This document shows positions 38,096 through 47,917 of a stretch of 64,000 nucleotides of DNA, in pieces. How positions within the stretch are numbered: position 1 is the first letter of the stretch; each line of letters starts with the position of its first letter. The notes below the pieces were generated by a model. That model was not told where the DNA came from, made no database searches, and was given only the letters and a program-made list of their open reading frames with translations. This DNA comes from an uncultured Hungatella sp. (lineage in GTDB: Bacteria; Bacillota; Clostridia; Lachnospirales; Lachnospiraceae), in assembly GCA_910588505.1 (NCBI GenBank), contig CAJUPQ010000001.1, forward strand, positions 22,137 to 86,136, read 5' to 3'. Position numbers and translations under genes: made by a program.

Positions 38096-39375
38096 ATGGT
38101 ATGCTTTTGATTCGGGGCGGCAGGGTTATTGACACGGAAAAAAGAGAAGAGAAGCAGGCAGATGTGGTGATCAAAGACGGCAGGATTCTGGGGATCGGCG
38201 ATTTTACCGATGACGGTTCTTATGAGCAGGTGATCGAGGCCAGGGGATGGGTGGTGGCTCCCGGGCTGGTGGATGTCCATGTCCATTTCAGGGACCCGGG
38301 GCTGACGTACAAGGAGGATATCCACACCGGGGCGGCAGCGGCAGCGGCAGGGGGATTTACCACGGTAGTGTGTATGGCCAACACAAAGCCTGTGGTGGAT
38401 AACAGGGAGATTCTGGAATACGTCATGGAAGAGGGAAAAAAGACAGGCATCCATGTGCTTGCGGCGGCAGCGGTGTCCCTGGGCATGAAAGGCCGGGAAC
38501 TTACGGATATGGAAGGGCTGAAAGCTGCGGGGGCCTGTGGTTTCACGGATGACGGCATCCCCCTTATGGACGGAGAATTGTTAAGGCAGGCTTTTGAGCA
38601 GGCGGCGGTTCTTGAGGTGCCGGTCAGCCTTCATGAGGAGGACCCGGGCTTTATCAGGCAGAATGGGATCCATCACGGGAAGGCGGCAGAGCAGATGGGG
38701 CTTTACGGCTCCCCGGCTGTGGCGGAGGACAGCCTGGTGGCCCGGGACTGCATGATCGCCCTTCATACCGGGGCAAAAGTAAATATCCAGCATATCAGTT
38801 CCAGAGGCGGCCTGGAGGCAGTGAGACTGGCCAAAAAGATGGGGGCAAAAGTGACGGCGGAGGTGACGCCTCATCATTTTACCTTGACAGAGGACGCGGT
38901 GTTACAATACGGCACACTGGCCAAGATGAACCCGCCTCTTCGGACAGAGGAGGACCGCCAGGCTTTGATCCGGGGGCTTCAGGACGGAACCATTGATATG
39001 ATAGCCACAGACCACGCTCCCCACAGCAGGGAGGAGAAGAGCAGGGGCTTTACAGAGGCGCCCAGCGGCATCATAGGTTTGGAGACTTCTCTGGCTTTGG
39101 GGGTTACACAGCTGGTGGATAAAGGCTATCTGACCATGGCGGAGCTGATGGCCAAGATGAGCCTGAACCCGGCGCGGCTTTACGGGCTGGAATGCGGGCG
39201 CATGGCAGAGGGAGCCGTGGCGGATCTGGTGATCTTTGACCCGGAGGAAAGTTTTACGGTGGAAACGTTTCATTCCAAAGCAGACAATTCACCGTTTCGG
39301 GGATGGAACCTGAAAGGGAAAGTCCACTATACCATCTGCGGGGGAAATGTGGTGTACAGATCTTCTTGCGGATGA
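38092..39375 (+). CDS. pyrC: Dihydroorotase
   Basis: DVHVHFRDPG, MANTKP, SLHEED, KMNPPLR, ATDHAPH. Confidence 0.93.
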   Translation: MNGMLLIRGGRVIDTEKREEKQADVVIKDGRILGIGDFTDDGSYEQVIEARGWVVAPGLVDVHVHFRDPGLTYKEDIHTGAAAAAAGGFTTVVCMANTKPVVDNREILEYVMEEGKKTGIHVLAAAAVSLGMKGRELTDMEGLKAAGACGFTDDGIPLMDGELLRQAFEQAAVLEVPVSLHEEDPGFIRQNGIHHGKAAEQMGLYGSPAVAEDSLVARDCMIALHTGAKVNIQHISSRGGLEAVRLAKKMGAKVTAEVTPHHFTLTEDAVLQYGTLAKMNPPLRTEEDRQALIRGLQDGTIDMIATDHAPHSREEKSRGFTEAPSGIIGLETSLALGVTQLVDKGYLTMAELMAKMSLNPARLYGLECGRMAEGAVADLVIFDPEESFTVETFHSKADNSPFRGWNLKGKVHYTICGGNVVYRSSCG

Positions 39376-39427
39376 GGGAAAAATAGACTATAATCAAAGT
39401 AATCTTAAAAAAGGAGACGGGAAAATC

Positions 39428-39850
39428 ATGAAAGATCAGAACTGTGCATACTGTATGCAGGGAGAGTTGGTGGCTAAGTTTGGGTATCCGGTCTGCGCTA
39501 TGGATACGGGTTATGTTTACATTTTTAAGGAGCAGAGCAAGCCGGGGCGGGTGATTCTTGCGTATAAGGATCACGTAAGTGAGATGATTGATATCAGCGA
39601 CGAGGAGCGGGACGCGTTTTTTGCCGATGTGGCAAAGGTGGCCGGGGCTGTCCACAAGCTGTTCCATCCTGACAAGGTGAACTACGGGGCCTACGGAGAT
39701 ACGGGATGCCATCTCCACATGCATATCGTTCCAAAGTACAATGGAGGCGACGAGTGGGGCGGCACCTTCCAGATGAATCCGGACAAGACCTATCTGACGG
39801 ATGAGGAATATGAAGCTATGGCGGAAAAACTGCGCAAAGAACTGTTATAA
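39428..39850 (+). CDS. HIT family protein
   Basis: CAYC N-terminus and HLHMHIVP histidine triad. Confidence 0.88.
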   Translation: MKDQNCAYCMQGELVAKFGYPVCAMDTGYVYIFKEQSKPGRVILAYKDHVSEMIDISDEERDAFFADVAKVAGAVHKLFHPDKVNYGAYGDTGCHLHMHIVPKYNGGDEWGGTFQMNPDKTYLTDEEYEAMAEKLRKELL

Positions 39851-39911
39851 TCGGAAAAAGCGCTAAAACTACTTGCAAATCAGGAAAAATCATGTAAAAT
39901 AGGAGTGATAT

Positions 39912-39944
39912 ATAAAATGGGGGCCGCAAAGGACCCCATTTTTA
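39912..39944 (+). other. Stem-loop between the HIT and ABC-F genes (terminator or 5' leader hairpin)
   Basis: TAAAATGGGG-GCCGCAAAGGA-CCCCATTTT, just downstream of a TTGCAA-16-TAAAAT promoter-like sequence. Confidence 0.5.
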
Positions 39945-39998
39945 TGAGAGTGTTGTATTGATCGAAATGAGCGATTTGAAATCGGAAAGGTGAAAGAG

Positions 39999-41621
39999 AT
40001 GATTAGTGCAAACAATGTAACATTGCGGGTAGGCAAGAAAGCATTATTTGAGGATGTAAATATCAAATTTACAGAGGGCAACTGTTATGGTCTGATCGGC
40101 GCCAACGGAGCCGGAAAGTCTACATTTTTAAAGATCTTGTCAGGGCAGCTGGAGTCCACCACCGGGGACGTGGTCATCACGCCGGGGCAGCGTCTTTCGT
40201 TCCTGCAGCAGGATCATTTTAAATACGACCAGTATCCTGTGCTGGACACGGTGATTATGGGCAATCCCCGCCTATATGAGGTGATGAAAGAGAAAGACGC
40301 CATCTACATGAAAGAGGATTTCAGTGATGAGGACGGCATCCGCGCGGCGGATCTGGAGGCGGAGTTTGCGGAGATGAACGGCTGGGAGGCCGAGTCTGAC
40401 GCAGCCAATCTGCTTAACGGCCTTGGGGTGGAGACGGAGCACCACTATACGCTGATGAAGGATCTGGTAGGTTCTTTGAAGGTTAAAGTGCTTTTAGCCC
40501 AGGCCCTTTTTGGCAATCCGGATATCCTGCTCCTGGACGAGCCGACCAACCATCTGGATCTGGACGCCATCGCGTGGCTGGAGGAGTTTTTAATCGGTTT
40601 TGAGAATACGGTTATCGTGGTTTCCCATGACCGTTATTTCCTTAATAAAGTATGTACCCACACGGCGGATATTGATTATGGCAAGATCCAGCTGTATGCC
40701 GGAAACTATGATTTCTGGTATGAGTCCAGCCAGCTGATGGTCCGTCAGATGAAGGAGGCCAACCGGAAGAAAGAGGAGAAGATCAAAGAACTTCAGGAGT
40801 TTATTCAGAGATTCTCTGCCAATGCCTCCAAGTCCAAGCAGGCTACCTCCAGAAAGAGGGCTTTGGAGAAGATCGAGCTGGATGATATCAAGCCTTCCAG
40901 CAGAAAGTATCCGTATATTGATTTCCGTCCGTTCCGGGAGATCGGCAATGAGGTGCTGACTGTGGAGAATCTGTCTAAGACCATTGACGGTGTAAAGGTT
41001 CTGGACAATATCTCCTTTATCCTTAACCGGGAGGATAAGGTTGCCCTGGTGGGACCTAATGAGCAGGCAAAGACCGTGCTGTTTAAGATCCTTGCCGGGG
41101 AGATGGAGCCGGATGAGGGAACCTACAAGTGGGGCCTTACGACTACCCAGTCCTATTTCCCCAAGGACAATTCCGCAGAGTTTAACAATGACGATACCAT
41201 CGTGGACTGGCTGACCCAGTATTCCCCGGAGAAGGACGCCACCTATGTGCGGGGCTTTTTAGGGCGTATGCTGTTTGCGGGGGAGGACGGAGTGAAGAAG
41301 GTGCGGGTCCTTTCCGGAGGCGAGAAGGTGCGGTGTATGTTGTCCAAGCTGATGATCTCCGGGGCAAATGTGCTGATGCTGGATGAGCCTACGGACCATC
41401 TGGACATGGAGGCGATCACGGCTCTGAATAATGGCCTGATGAAGTTTCCGGGCGTGCTTATCTTCTCATCCCGCGACCATCAGATCGTGCAGACCACGGC
41501 AAACCGCATTATGGAGATCGTGGGCGGCCAGCTGATCGACAAGATTACCACATACGACGAGTATCTGGAAAATGACGAGATGGCCCGCAAGAGACAGGTG
41601 TTTACGATTGTGGAGGAGTGA
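39999..41621 (+). CDS. ABC-F family ATPase (YbiT/YkpA-like)
   Basis: Two ABC domains (GANGAGKST; LSGGEKVR), LDEPTNHLD, linker FSANASKSKQATSRK; no TM. Confidence 0.92.
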   Translation: MISANNVTLRVGKKALFEDVNIKFTEGNCYGLIGANGAGKSTFLKILSGQLESTTGDVVITPGQRLSFLQQDHFKYDQYPVLDTVIMGNPRLYEVMKEKDAIYMKEDFSDEDGIRAADLEAEFAEMNGWEAESDAANLLNGLGVETEHHYTLMKDLVGSLKVKVLLAQALFGNPDILLLDEPTNHLDLDAIAWLEEFLIGFENTVIVVSHDRYFLNKVCTHTADIDYGKIQLYAGNYDFWYESSQLMVRQMKEANRKKEEKIKELQEFIQRFSANASKSKQATSRKRALEKIELDDIKPSSRKYPYIDFRPFREIGNEVLTVENLSKTIDGVKVLDNISFILNREDKVALVGPNEQAKTVLFKILAGEMEPDEGTYKWGLTTTQSYFPKDNSAEFNNDDTIVDWLTQYSPEKDATYVRGFLGRMLFAGEDGVKKVRVLSGGEKVRCMLSKLMISGANVLMLDEPTDHLDMEAITALNNGLMKFPGVLIFSSRDHQIVQTTANRIMEIVGGQLIDKITTYDEYLENDEMARKRQVFTIVEE

Positions 41622-41715
41622 GTAAAGGGAGCGAGGGGTGTCGTGAGCCAGGGAGGGACATCTCTTCTTCTCTGACTGGCATCACGACAACCTCCATCCT
41701 TGCTCACTCAATATT
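41616..41715. repeat. Long palindromic element, copy 3 (inverted), between convergent genes
   Basis: Contains the exact reverse complement of the 22 nt core; arms GAGTGAGTAAAGG / CCTTGCTCACTC. Confidence 0.85.
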
Positions 41716-43248
41716 CCCCTGCTCCTCCAGATATGCCCGGGCGTCTTTAAAGAAGCTGGCTACGATCAGGAGGATGATGAGCCCGATAGGGAACGCCGCG
41801 ATGATGGATACGGACTGTAGGCTGGCCATGGAACTGTCGGAGAAGATCAGGGCAATGGGAAGCAGCATCAGGAGCACTGCCCAGAACAGTCTCATCCGTT
41901 TGTCAGGCTCAGCTCCTCCGGGAAGCTCTTTGTAGGAATAGGTGGAGGCCACCATGGTCAGGGCGTCGAAGGACGTGGCGTAAAAGGCGATCATGGATAC
42001 CGCCAGCAGAGCCAGGCCCCCTTTGGCCAGAGGGAGGGTTTCCATAAGGGACAGGATTACCTGGTAAAGGTCCCCGGTTCTTTCGTAAAGTCCCATAAGA
42101 TCCAGCTTGCCTGTTACCTGCAGGCCAAGGCCGTGGTTGCCAAGTATGATAAAAGAGGTAAAGGTTCCGGACAGTCCATAGAAATAGCCGCCCAGTATGG
42201 TCTGGCGGATGGTCCGTCCTTTGCTGATTGTGCCTATGAAAAACGGCGTTGCCACGCACCACACCATCCAGTAAGCCCAGTAAAAGATGGTCCAGTTCTG
42301 GGGAAAGGAGGAGGTACGCAGAGAATCGGTCCAGGTAGATAGGGCGATAAAGTTCTGCGCCAGGTTGCCAAGGGCTGTAATGCCGGTTTCTATGATGTAT
42401 CGTGGCTGCCCGCCTCCTATAAGCACATAGGCCAGGAGGGCAAAAAACAGGTAGGAGCAGGAAGATGCCAGTTTTGCGACGCCTTTCATGCCAAAGTATA
42501 CGGTGATGGTGTAGATTGCGCAGATGATGACCAAAATGGAGATGGTCAGCAGGTGGTTCTGGGGCAGGCCAAACAGGCGGCTGATGGCGGTTGACAGAAG
42601 GGGAGTGGCCAGGGAAAAGGTGGTAGCTGTCCCTGCAAGAAGGGCAAATACTGCAGTCAGGTCAATAAGTTTTCCCGCAAAACCGTCCACCCGAAAGCCA
42701 AGGAGAGGACGGCAGGCCTCGGAGTATTTCTGCTTCTCCCTTTGCCGTACATGGAGCATAAAGCCGAATGCCACGGCCAGCACCATGTAGAAACTCCAGG
42801 GGATAGGCCCCCAGTGAAACAGGGGGTAGGTGGAAGCCCAGTCCTGCATTTCTCCCATCTGGGAGATGCGGGGTTCTCCCGCGTAGAGGATCCACTCGCA
42901 CAGGGAGTAGAACAGGATGTCCGCCGCCAGCCCGGCGGTAAACATCATGGAACCCCACTGGAAGGAGGAATACTGAGGTTTTTTATCTGCGCCCAGGCAA
43001 ATAGCCCCATAGGGGGAAAACGCGATGTACAGGGAGCACAGGAAGATCCCAAGTCCCATGAGAAGGTAGCAGCTTCCAAACTCATCCCCCAGGAAATAGC
43101 GGATGGATGCCACCACCCGTCCCGACGCTTCGGGGACTGCGAAAAACAGGATGCACAAAAGCAGGATAGTGATAAACGGGACCACTGTGGTGATCCAGTC
43201 TAACTGCGGGGATGTTCTGGAAACAGGATTTAGAGGGTTGCGTTTCAT
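41704..43248 (-). CDS. BCCT family (betaine/choline/carnitine) transporter
   Basis: WGSMMFTAG, FHWGPIPW, WTIFYWAYW, ISKGRTIR; about 12 TM. Confidence 0.9.
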   Translation of the reverse strand: MKRNPLNPVSRTSPQLDWITTVVPFITILLLCILFFAVPEASGRVVASIRYFLGDEFGSCYLLMGLGIFLCSLYIAFSPYGAICLGADKKPQYSSFQWGSMMFTAGLAADILFYSLCEWILYAGEPRISQMGEMQDWASTYPLFHWGPIPWSFYMVLAVAFGFMLHVRQREKQKYSEACRPLLGFRVDGFAGKLIDLTAVFALLAGTATTFSLATPLLSTAISRLFGLPQNHLLTISILVIICAIYTITVYFGMKGVAKLASSCSYLFFALLAYVLIGGGQPRYIIETGITALGNLAQNFIALSTWTDSLRTSSFPQNWTIFYWAYWMVWCVATPFFIGTISKGRTIRQTILGGYFYGLSGTFTSFIILGNHGLGLQVTGKLDLMGLYERTGDLYQVILSLMETLPLAKGGLALLAVSMIAFYATSFDALTMVASTYSYKELPGGAEPDKRMRLFWAVLLMLLPIALIFSDSSMASLQSVSIIAAFPIGLIILLIVASFFKDARAYLEEQGNIE

Positions 43249-43430
43249 GATAGGTCCTCCTTTATGTTCAAAAATTTAAAGAAAATAAATATATTGAACA
43301 TAATACCACTGATACTAGGAAATGGCAAGGGCAAAATATGAAGTTTTTCTGACTTTTTATAAAAACCCCTGTAAAAATAATTCGTTTTCCTATATAATAC
43401 AAGCGATTGAGAGAAGGAGGAGCGCAAATT

Positions 43431-43940
43431 ATGAAACGCTGGATCATATTGATGGCAGGCATCTGCCTGTTATTAAGCGGTTGTACCAAAAGTAACATTG
43501 TTTATGGAAATAATAATAAGTATGACGATCAGTATCAGCCGGTGAACGGCATTGTGTGGGAGCAGCTTTGGGAGGATTTCAGTGAAATCTACGCGGACCC
43601 GGACATCTATCCATTTGCGGCGTCTGTAAACGCGGGAGTGTATCCTGAGGAGAATGTAGTAAAATTTTATCTCCTTGTAAAGGAGGAGATCTCCGGCAAG
43701 GAGGCGTCTGATTACGCCACAAAGGTGGTGAAGGGCTTTAATGACCTGATCGCCGCGCAGAACAGCGCCTACGCCCCGTCTGATGTGGAATCCTACGGCG
43801 GTTATCTGGCGCAGTACGGAATCTACGTCATGGTGGGACCGGACGCGACCAAGGACGATCCGGACACCTGGATCATAGAGGATCTGATCCCCCAGGGAGA
43901 GTATCGCCCGGTAGGGGGAAATGCCTGGTCTGTAGAGTAG
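43431..43940 (+). CDS. Lipoprotein of unknown function
   Basis: RBS AAGGAGG; MKRWII...LLSGC lipobox. Confidence 0.75.
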   Translation: MKRWIILMAGICLLLSGCTKSNIVYGNNNKYDDQYQPVNGIVWEQLWEDFSEIYADPDIYPFAASVNAGVYPEENVVKFYLLVKEEISGKEASDYATKVVKGFNDLIAAQNSAYAPSDVESYGGYLAQYGIYVMVGPDATKDDPDTWIIEDLIPQGEYRPVGGNAWSVE

Positions 43941-43952
43941 AGAAAACGGATT

Positions 43953-44013
43953 ATCACCTTTCTTTTCCTAACCGGCTGTGATGCCGGTATGGGAAAGGAT
44001 AGGTGATCTTTTT
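43953..44013. terminator. Bidirectional terminator-like hairpin
   Basis: ATCACCT...ACCGGC-TGTGAT-GCCGGT...AGGTGAT plus a T-run, between convergent genes. Confidence 0.65.
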
Positions 44014-44014
44014 A

Positions 44015-45193
44015 TTAAAGGTTAGCCAGTTTCAAAGTGGGTCCAGGAAGGGAGATCCCTTCACTGCGGACAATGGGAAGTTTTCTGTTTCCGGACAGTT
44101 CCACTGTATCTCCATCCTGGAAGACAGCGCAGTCTTCTAAGATATAAGAAGCCAGATCTACAAGGATCTTTCGCAGCCGGTCAGGCTCCATATCTGTATC
44201 GGATATTTCTATCTCATCTTTTCCAAACGACTCCAATCCATAGGTATAACCGCTGAGCCCGCGGGGGGTCCGGTAAAGCCCGAACCAGATCCAGTTAAAG
44301 ACAGGAAGTCGGCCATCCCTTATGACAGCCGCCAGATTCCGGTAAAGTCCCAGCTGATACACCGTTCCTCCGGTAAAAACGCCGGTGGCGGAAAGCTGCA
44401 GACAGCAGGTGGAGGCGATCTTCACAAGCAGGATCCCCCGTTCTGTAAGGGATGCCCTGGTATCCAGGATGGTGATCAGAAGATGGGCTTTGTGTCTCTC
44501 TGTTACCTTTACCCCATTGGGCCACAGATAATTGCAGGCCGCGGCTTTATCAGCCTCCTTATCAGGAATAGGGGATGGGATCAGGGTGATGGCAGCCGTG
44601 ATGTGTTCCACCGAAAATACCATACAGGGGCTTTGATGTGTCAGGGCATCTCTGTCATCATCGGACGGAGCGATGGGAAGAGCCCAGTCCGTATAAAAAT
44701 CCCGGATAAATTTTTCCCTGTCAAACCAGGGACCGGACAGCAGTATGGAACAGCCAAAAGCCCCTTCTCGCTCTCTGTGAGGAGAGGGGGAGGAAAAATC
44801 GATACTGCGCAGATCCTCTGTGATCCATGCCAGAAACTCTCTGCATTCTGATTCCAGTTCCTGTTCCGGATTTAGCTTTAAAGCGCGGGAAAAGGCATCA
44901 AAGGCTCCCTCCAGAAGCGCCTTTTGTTTCTCACAGGTGGGAGAATCCATGGCAGCATAGTAAAGGGCGTACCCCATACAGTAATGCCAGTGAGGCAGGC
45001 TGCGGTTTTGGACGTCCATAGCTTTCAGTGATTCGATGGCCTTTTGATATTGTCCCAGGTTATTGTAAGCCACAGCCAGATCTTCTGTCAGCGCGTCCGT
45101 CACATCTGTCTCCGCCAGTTCCAGGATGGCCTTAACTGTCTCTTGGTGTTCTCCGGCCCGATACCACCTGTCAATTTGTTTTGCCAGAGTCAT
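44015..45193 (-). CDS. TPR-repeat protein with C-terminal DUF4261-like domain
   Basis: LAVAYNNLGQYQKAI and WHYCMGYALYY TPRs; LPVFNWIWFGL, YTYGLESFGKDEIEI, FQDGDTV. Confidence 0.7.
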   Translation of the reverse strand: MTLAKQIDRWYRAGEHQETVKAILELAETDVTDALTEDLAVAYNNLGQYQKAIESLKAMDVQNRSLPHWHYCMGYALYYAAMDSPTCEKQKALLEGAFDAFSRALKLNPEQELESECREFLAWITEDLRSIDFSSPSPHREREGAFGCSILLSGPWFDREKFIRDFYTDWALPIAPSDDDRDALTHQSPCMVFSVEHITAAITLIPSPIPDKEADKAAACNYLWPNGVKVTERHKAHLLITILDTRASLTERGILLVKIASTCCLQLSATGVFTGGTVYQLGLYRNLAAVIRDGRLPVFNWIWFGLYRTPRGLSGYTYGLESFGKDEIEISDTDMEPDRLRKILVDLASYILEDCAVFQDGDTVELSGNRKLPIVRSEGISLPGPTLKLANL

Positions 45194-45358
45194 ACGATAT
45201 CTCCTCTCATTTTCAATCTATACACATGTATTTTCGGGAGTATATGGATAGAATACAGAATTTATCTTAGAGTGGATGATCGCTTTTTATTGTACCAGAT
45301 AAGTGGGACAGAGCGCAACAGATAAAAAAGAAAAATTACCGTAACAATATGCCTAAAC

Positions 45359-45393
45359 AAATTTACCATATCCCGGGTCCATATGGTAAATTT
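45359..45393. promoter_or_regulatory. 13 bp perfect inverted repeat, putative operator of the PTS operon regulator
   Basis: AAATTTACCATAT-N9-ATATGGTAAATTT, with an extra half-site AAAATTACCGTA at 45332. Confidence 0.65.
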
Positions 45394-45422
45394 TACTTAA
45401 ATAAAAAGAGAGGAGGCTGCAC

Positions 45423-45731
45423 ATGAAAATTTTAGCCATCACAGCATGTACAGCGGGCATTGCCCACACTTACATTGCAAAGGAGAAATTGGAAAACGCG
45501 GCTAAGGAGCTGGGAGATACCATCAAGGTAGAGACCCAGGGCTCCATTGGTGTGGAGAACGAATTCACGCCAGAAGAGATCAAGGAGGCAGACGTAATTC
45601 TTATCTCAGCCGACATCAGGGTAAACAAAGACCGTTTTAAAGGAAAACCAGTGGTGGATATCCCCATCAGTATGGTGATGAAGTCGCCGAAAGGGGTTAT
45701 CAACAAGATTCACGAGAAGCTGGGCAAGTAG
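45423..45731 (+). CDS. PTS fructose-family EIIB
   Basis: ITACTAGIAHTY, KVETQGSIG. Confidence 0.93.
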   Translation: MKILAITACTAGIAHTYIAKEKLENAAKELGDTIKVETQGSIGVENEFTPEEIKEADVILISADIRVNKDRFKGKPVVDIPISMVMKSPKGVINKIHEKLGK

Positions 45732-45774
45732 CAGGAAACCGTGGGGAAATTTTTAGAAAAGAGGGGAAACAGGT

Positions 45775-46881
45775 ATGGCAAAACAACAGAAAACGTTTAT
45801 GAAACACATTATGACCGGTATTTCCTATATGATACCCATTGTGGTAGCAGGAGGTATCCTGGGGGCTCTGGCAAAAGCCTTCGGCGGCTGGAATATCGGC
45901 AGCGCCATCGAGGCGGGGGCAACGCCGTTCTCCAATCTGAACCCGTTTACATGGGTTGGATTCTGGTGGGGCGTTAACAAATTAAGTTCCTATGCCATGG
46001 ACTTTGCGGTGGCAGTGATGACCGCGGGAGCCGCTTACTCCATCGCCGGCAGGCCGGGTATTGTTCCTGGTATGGTGATCGGTTACTGTTCCGCCCAGTC
46101 AAAGGCCGGCTTCTTAGGAGGCCTTCTGATGGCGTTTATTATCGGCGCGGTGGTGAACTGGATGAAGGGATGGAAATTGCCCAAATGGTGCGAGGGGTTA
46201 AAACCGGTTATGATCATTCCGGTGTGCTCTACGTTTTTGTGCGGCATGATCTTTTTGTGCGTATTCTCTATCCCGCTGGCCTGGATCATGGATGTGTTCC
46301 AGCAGTGGATCATCTCCTTAAACGGCGGCGCGAAAGCGGTGATCGGCGGCGTGATCGGAGCCTGCATGGGATTTGATATGGGCGGTCCTGTGAACAAGAC
46401 AGCGTCTATGGCAGCCAACGCCCTGGGCGCGGACGGCATTAACGGGCCTATGTGCGCTAAGATCATCGGAGGTATGACCCCTCCCATCGGTCTTTTTATC
46501 GCGACCATGCTGAAAAAAGAGAAGTTTACAAAGACAGAGCGGGAGACGGCTAAGACTGCTCTTCCTATGGGACTTTGCTTCATCACAGAGGGCGTGCTTC
46601 CTTTTGCGGCGGCAGACCCGGCAAGATTTATCCCATGCAGTATGCTGGGCTCCGCAGTGGCAGGCGCCATCGCGGTGGGCGCGGGATGCGAGTCTGTGGC
46701 AGGACATGGCGGCATCTTTGTTGTGCCTATGATGGTTAATCCCATGATGTTTATGGTTGCCCTTGTTATTGGGTCTGTGGTAACCGGAGTAGCCTATGCT
46801 GTGGTCAAGAAAACTTCTGTAGATGAAACGGCCACTGAGGAAGAAAATATTGACATTGATCTGGATATTAACATAGTGTAA
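45775..46881 (+). CDS. PTS fructose-family EIIC
   Basis: HIMTGISYMIP, FDMGGPVNK, FITEGVLPF, HGGIFV. Confidence 0.93.
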   Translation: MAKQQKTFMKHIMTGISYMIPIVVAGGILGALAKAFGGWNIGSAIEAGATPFSNLNPFTWVGFWWGVNKLSSYAMDFAVAVMTAGAAYSIAGRPGIVPGMVIGYCSAQSKAGFLGGLLMAFIIGAVVNWMKGWKLPKWCEGLKPVMIIPVCSTFLCGMIFLCVFSIPLAWIMDVFQQWIISLNGGAKAVIGGVIGACMGFDMGGPVNKTASMAANALGADGINGPMCAKIIGGMTPPIGLFIATMLKKEKFTKTERETAKTALPMGLCFITEGVLPFAAADPARFIPCSMLGSAVAGAIAVGAGCESVAGHGGIFVVPMMVNPMMFMVALVIGSVVTGVAYAVVKKTSVDETATEEENIDIDLDINIV

Positions 46882-46908
46882 TAGATTTTGTGGAGAAAGG
46901 ACAGACTT

Positions 46909-47793
46909 ATGCTTGTATCAATGAAAGCGATTCTTGATGACGCCAACCAGAATTATTACGGCGTAATGGCAATGAACAGCATCAACATGGAGATGGCAAG
47001 GGCCGGCATCATGGCGGCCGAAGAGGAGCACTCCCCCATTATCATCCAGTTTGGAAACGGACAGATGAACAATCACGCCCATTTGGAGGAGATGGTGCCT
47101 TTAATTAAGGAACTGGCGGCAAGGGTTTCTGTTCCTGTTGCCTTAAACTTTGACCATGGCGCGGACTTTTATGCCATCACAGACTGCATCAATGCCGGAT
47201 TTACCAATGTAATGTTTGACGGCTCCGCCCTTCCCTATGAGGAGAACGTAAAAAGGACCGCCATTATCAGCGCCCTGGCTCACGGCATGGGGTGCTCTGT
47301 GGAAGGCGAGCTGGGCCATGTGGGACAGGCGGCGGATGATGACGACTCGGATGTGGATCTGTATACCAACCCGGACCAGGCCGCGGATTTTGTCGCCAGG
47401 ACTCAGGTAGATGCCCTGGCTGTGGCCATCGGCACTGCCCACGGAGCCTATCCCAAGGGAAAAATACCTAAGCTTGACTTTGACAGGCTCCATCTGTTAA
47501 AAGAGACTCTGAACATGCCGCTGGTGCTTCACGGAGGTTCCGGTTCCGGGGAAGAGAATCTGAAAAAGGCTGTGGCCGGCGGGATCAATAAGATCAATGT
47601 GTGTACCGACGCGTTTGAGGCGGGAAAACAGGCTACCTTAAAGGCCCTGGAGGAAAATCCGGGTATTGACTATATGCATATGTGTATGGCCGCGGAGGCG
47701 GGGATTAAGCGGTTTGTAAAAGATTATATGAAGGTTATCGGTTCCAGCGGGCGGTACATATACGGGGAAGCGGCAGTAAAGGGCAGCGAGTAG
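46909..47793 (+). CDS. Class II ketose-phosphate aldolase
   Basis: Zn ligands in FDHG, GTAHG and LHGGSG; VEGELG; KINV. Confidence 0.92.
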   Translation: MLVSMKAILDDANQNYYGVMAMNSINMEMARAGIMAAEEEHSPIIIQFGNGQMNNHAHLEEMVPLIKELAARVSVPVALNFDHGADFYAITDCINAGFTNVMFDGSALPYEENVKRTAIISALAHGMGCSVEGELGHVGQAADDDDSDVDLYTNPDQAADFVARTQVDALAVAIGTAHGAYPKGKIPKLDFDRLHLLKETLNMPLVLHGGSGSGEENLKKAVAGGINKINVCTDAFEAGKQATLKALEENPGIDYMHMCMAAEAGIKRFVKDYMKVIGSSGRYIYGEAAVKGSE

Positions 47794-47846
47794 ACCTGCG
47801 CGCGTTTGGCATACCTGAATGTATGCCGCCTGATCAGCGGAAGTTT

Positions 47847-47877
47847 GTAACAGTTCAGATAATCCTTGAACGGTTAC
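47847..47877. mobile_element. 31 bp palindromic mini-element with 8 bp flanking direct repeat (GGAAGTTT), copy A
   Basis: GTAACAGTTCAGATAATCCTTGAACGGTTAC; GGAAGTTT at 47839-47846 and 47878-47885. Confidence 0.7.
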
Positions 47878-47917
47878 GGAAGTTTCAAGGTAAGAACAGG
47901 AAATATGAGGTGCTTGG

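Noticed and set aside
41704..43248. Functional link between the BCCT transporter and LicD (choline supply)
   Set aside because: They are 6 kb apart on opposite strands, no licA/licC is present, and the substrate cannot be read from sequence.
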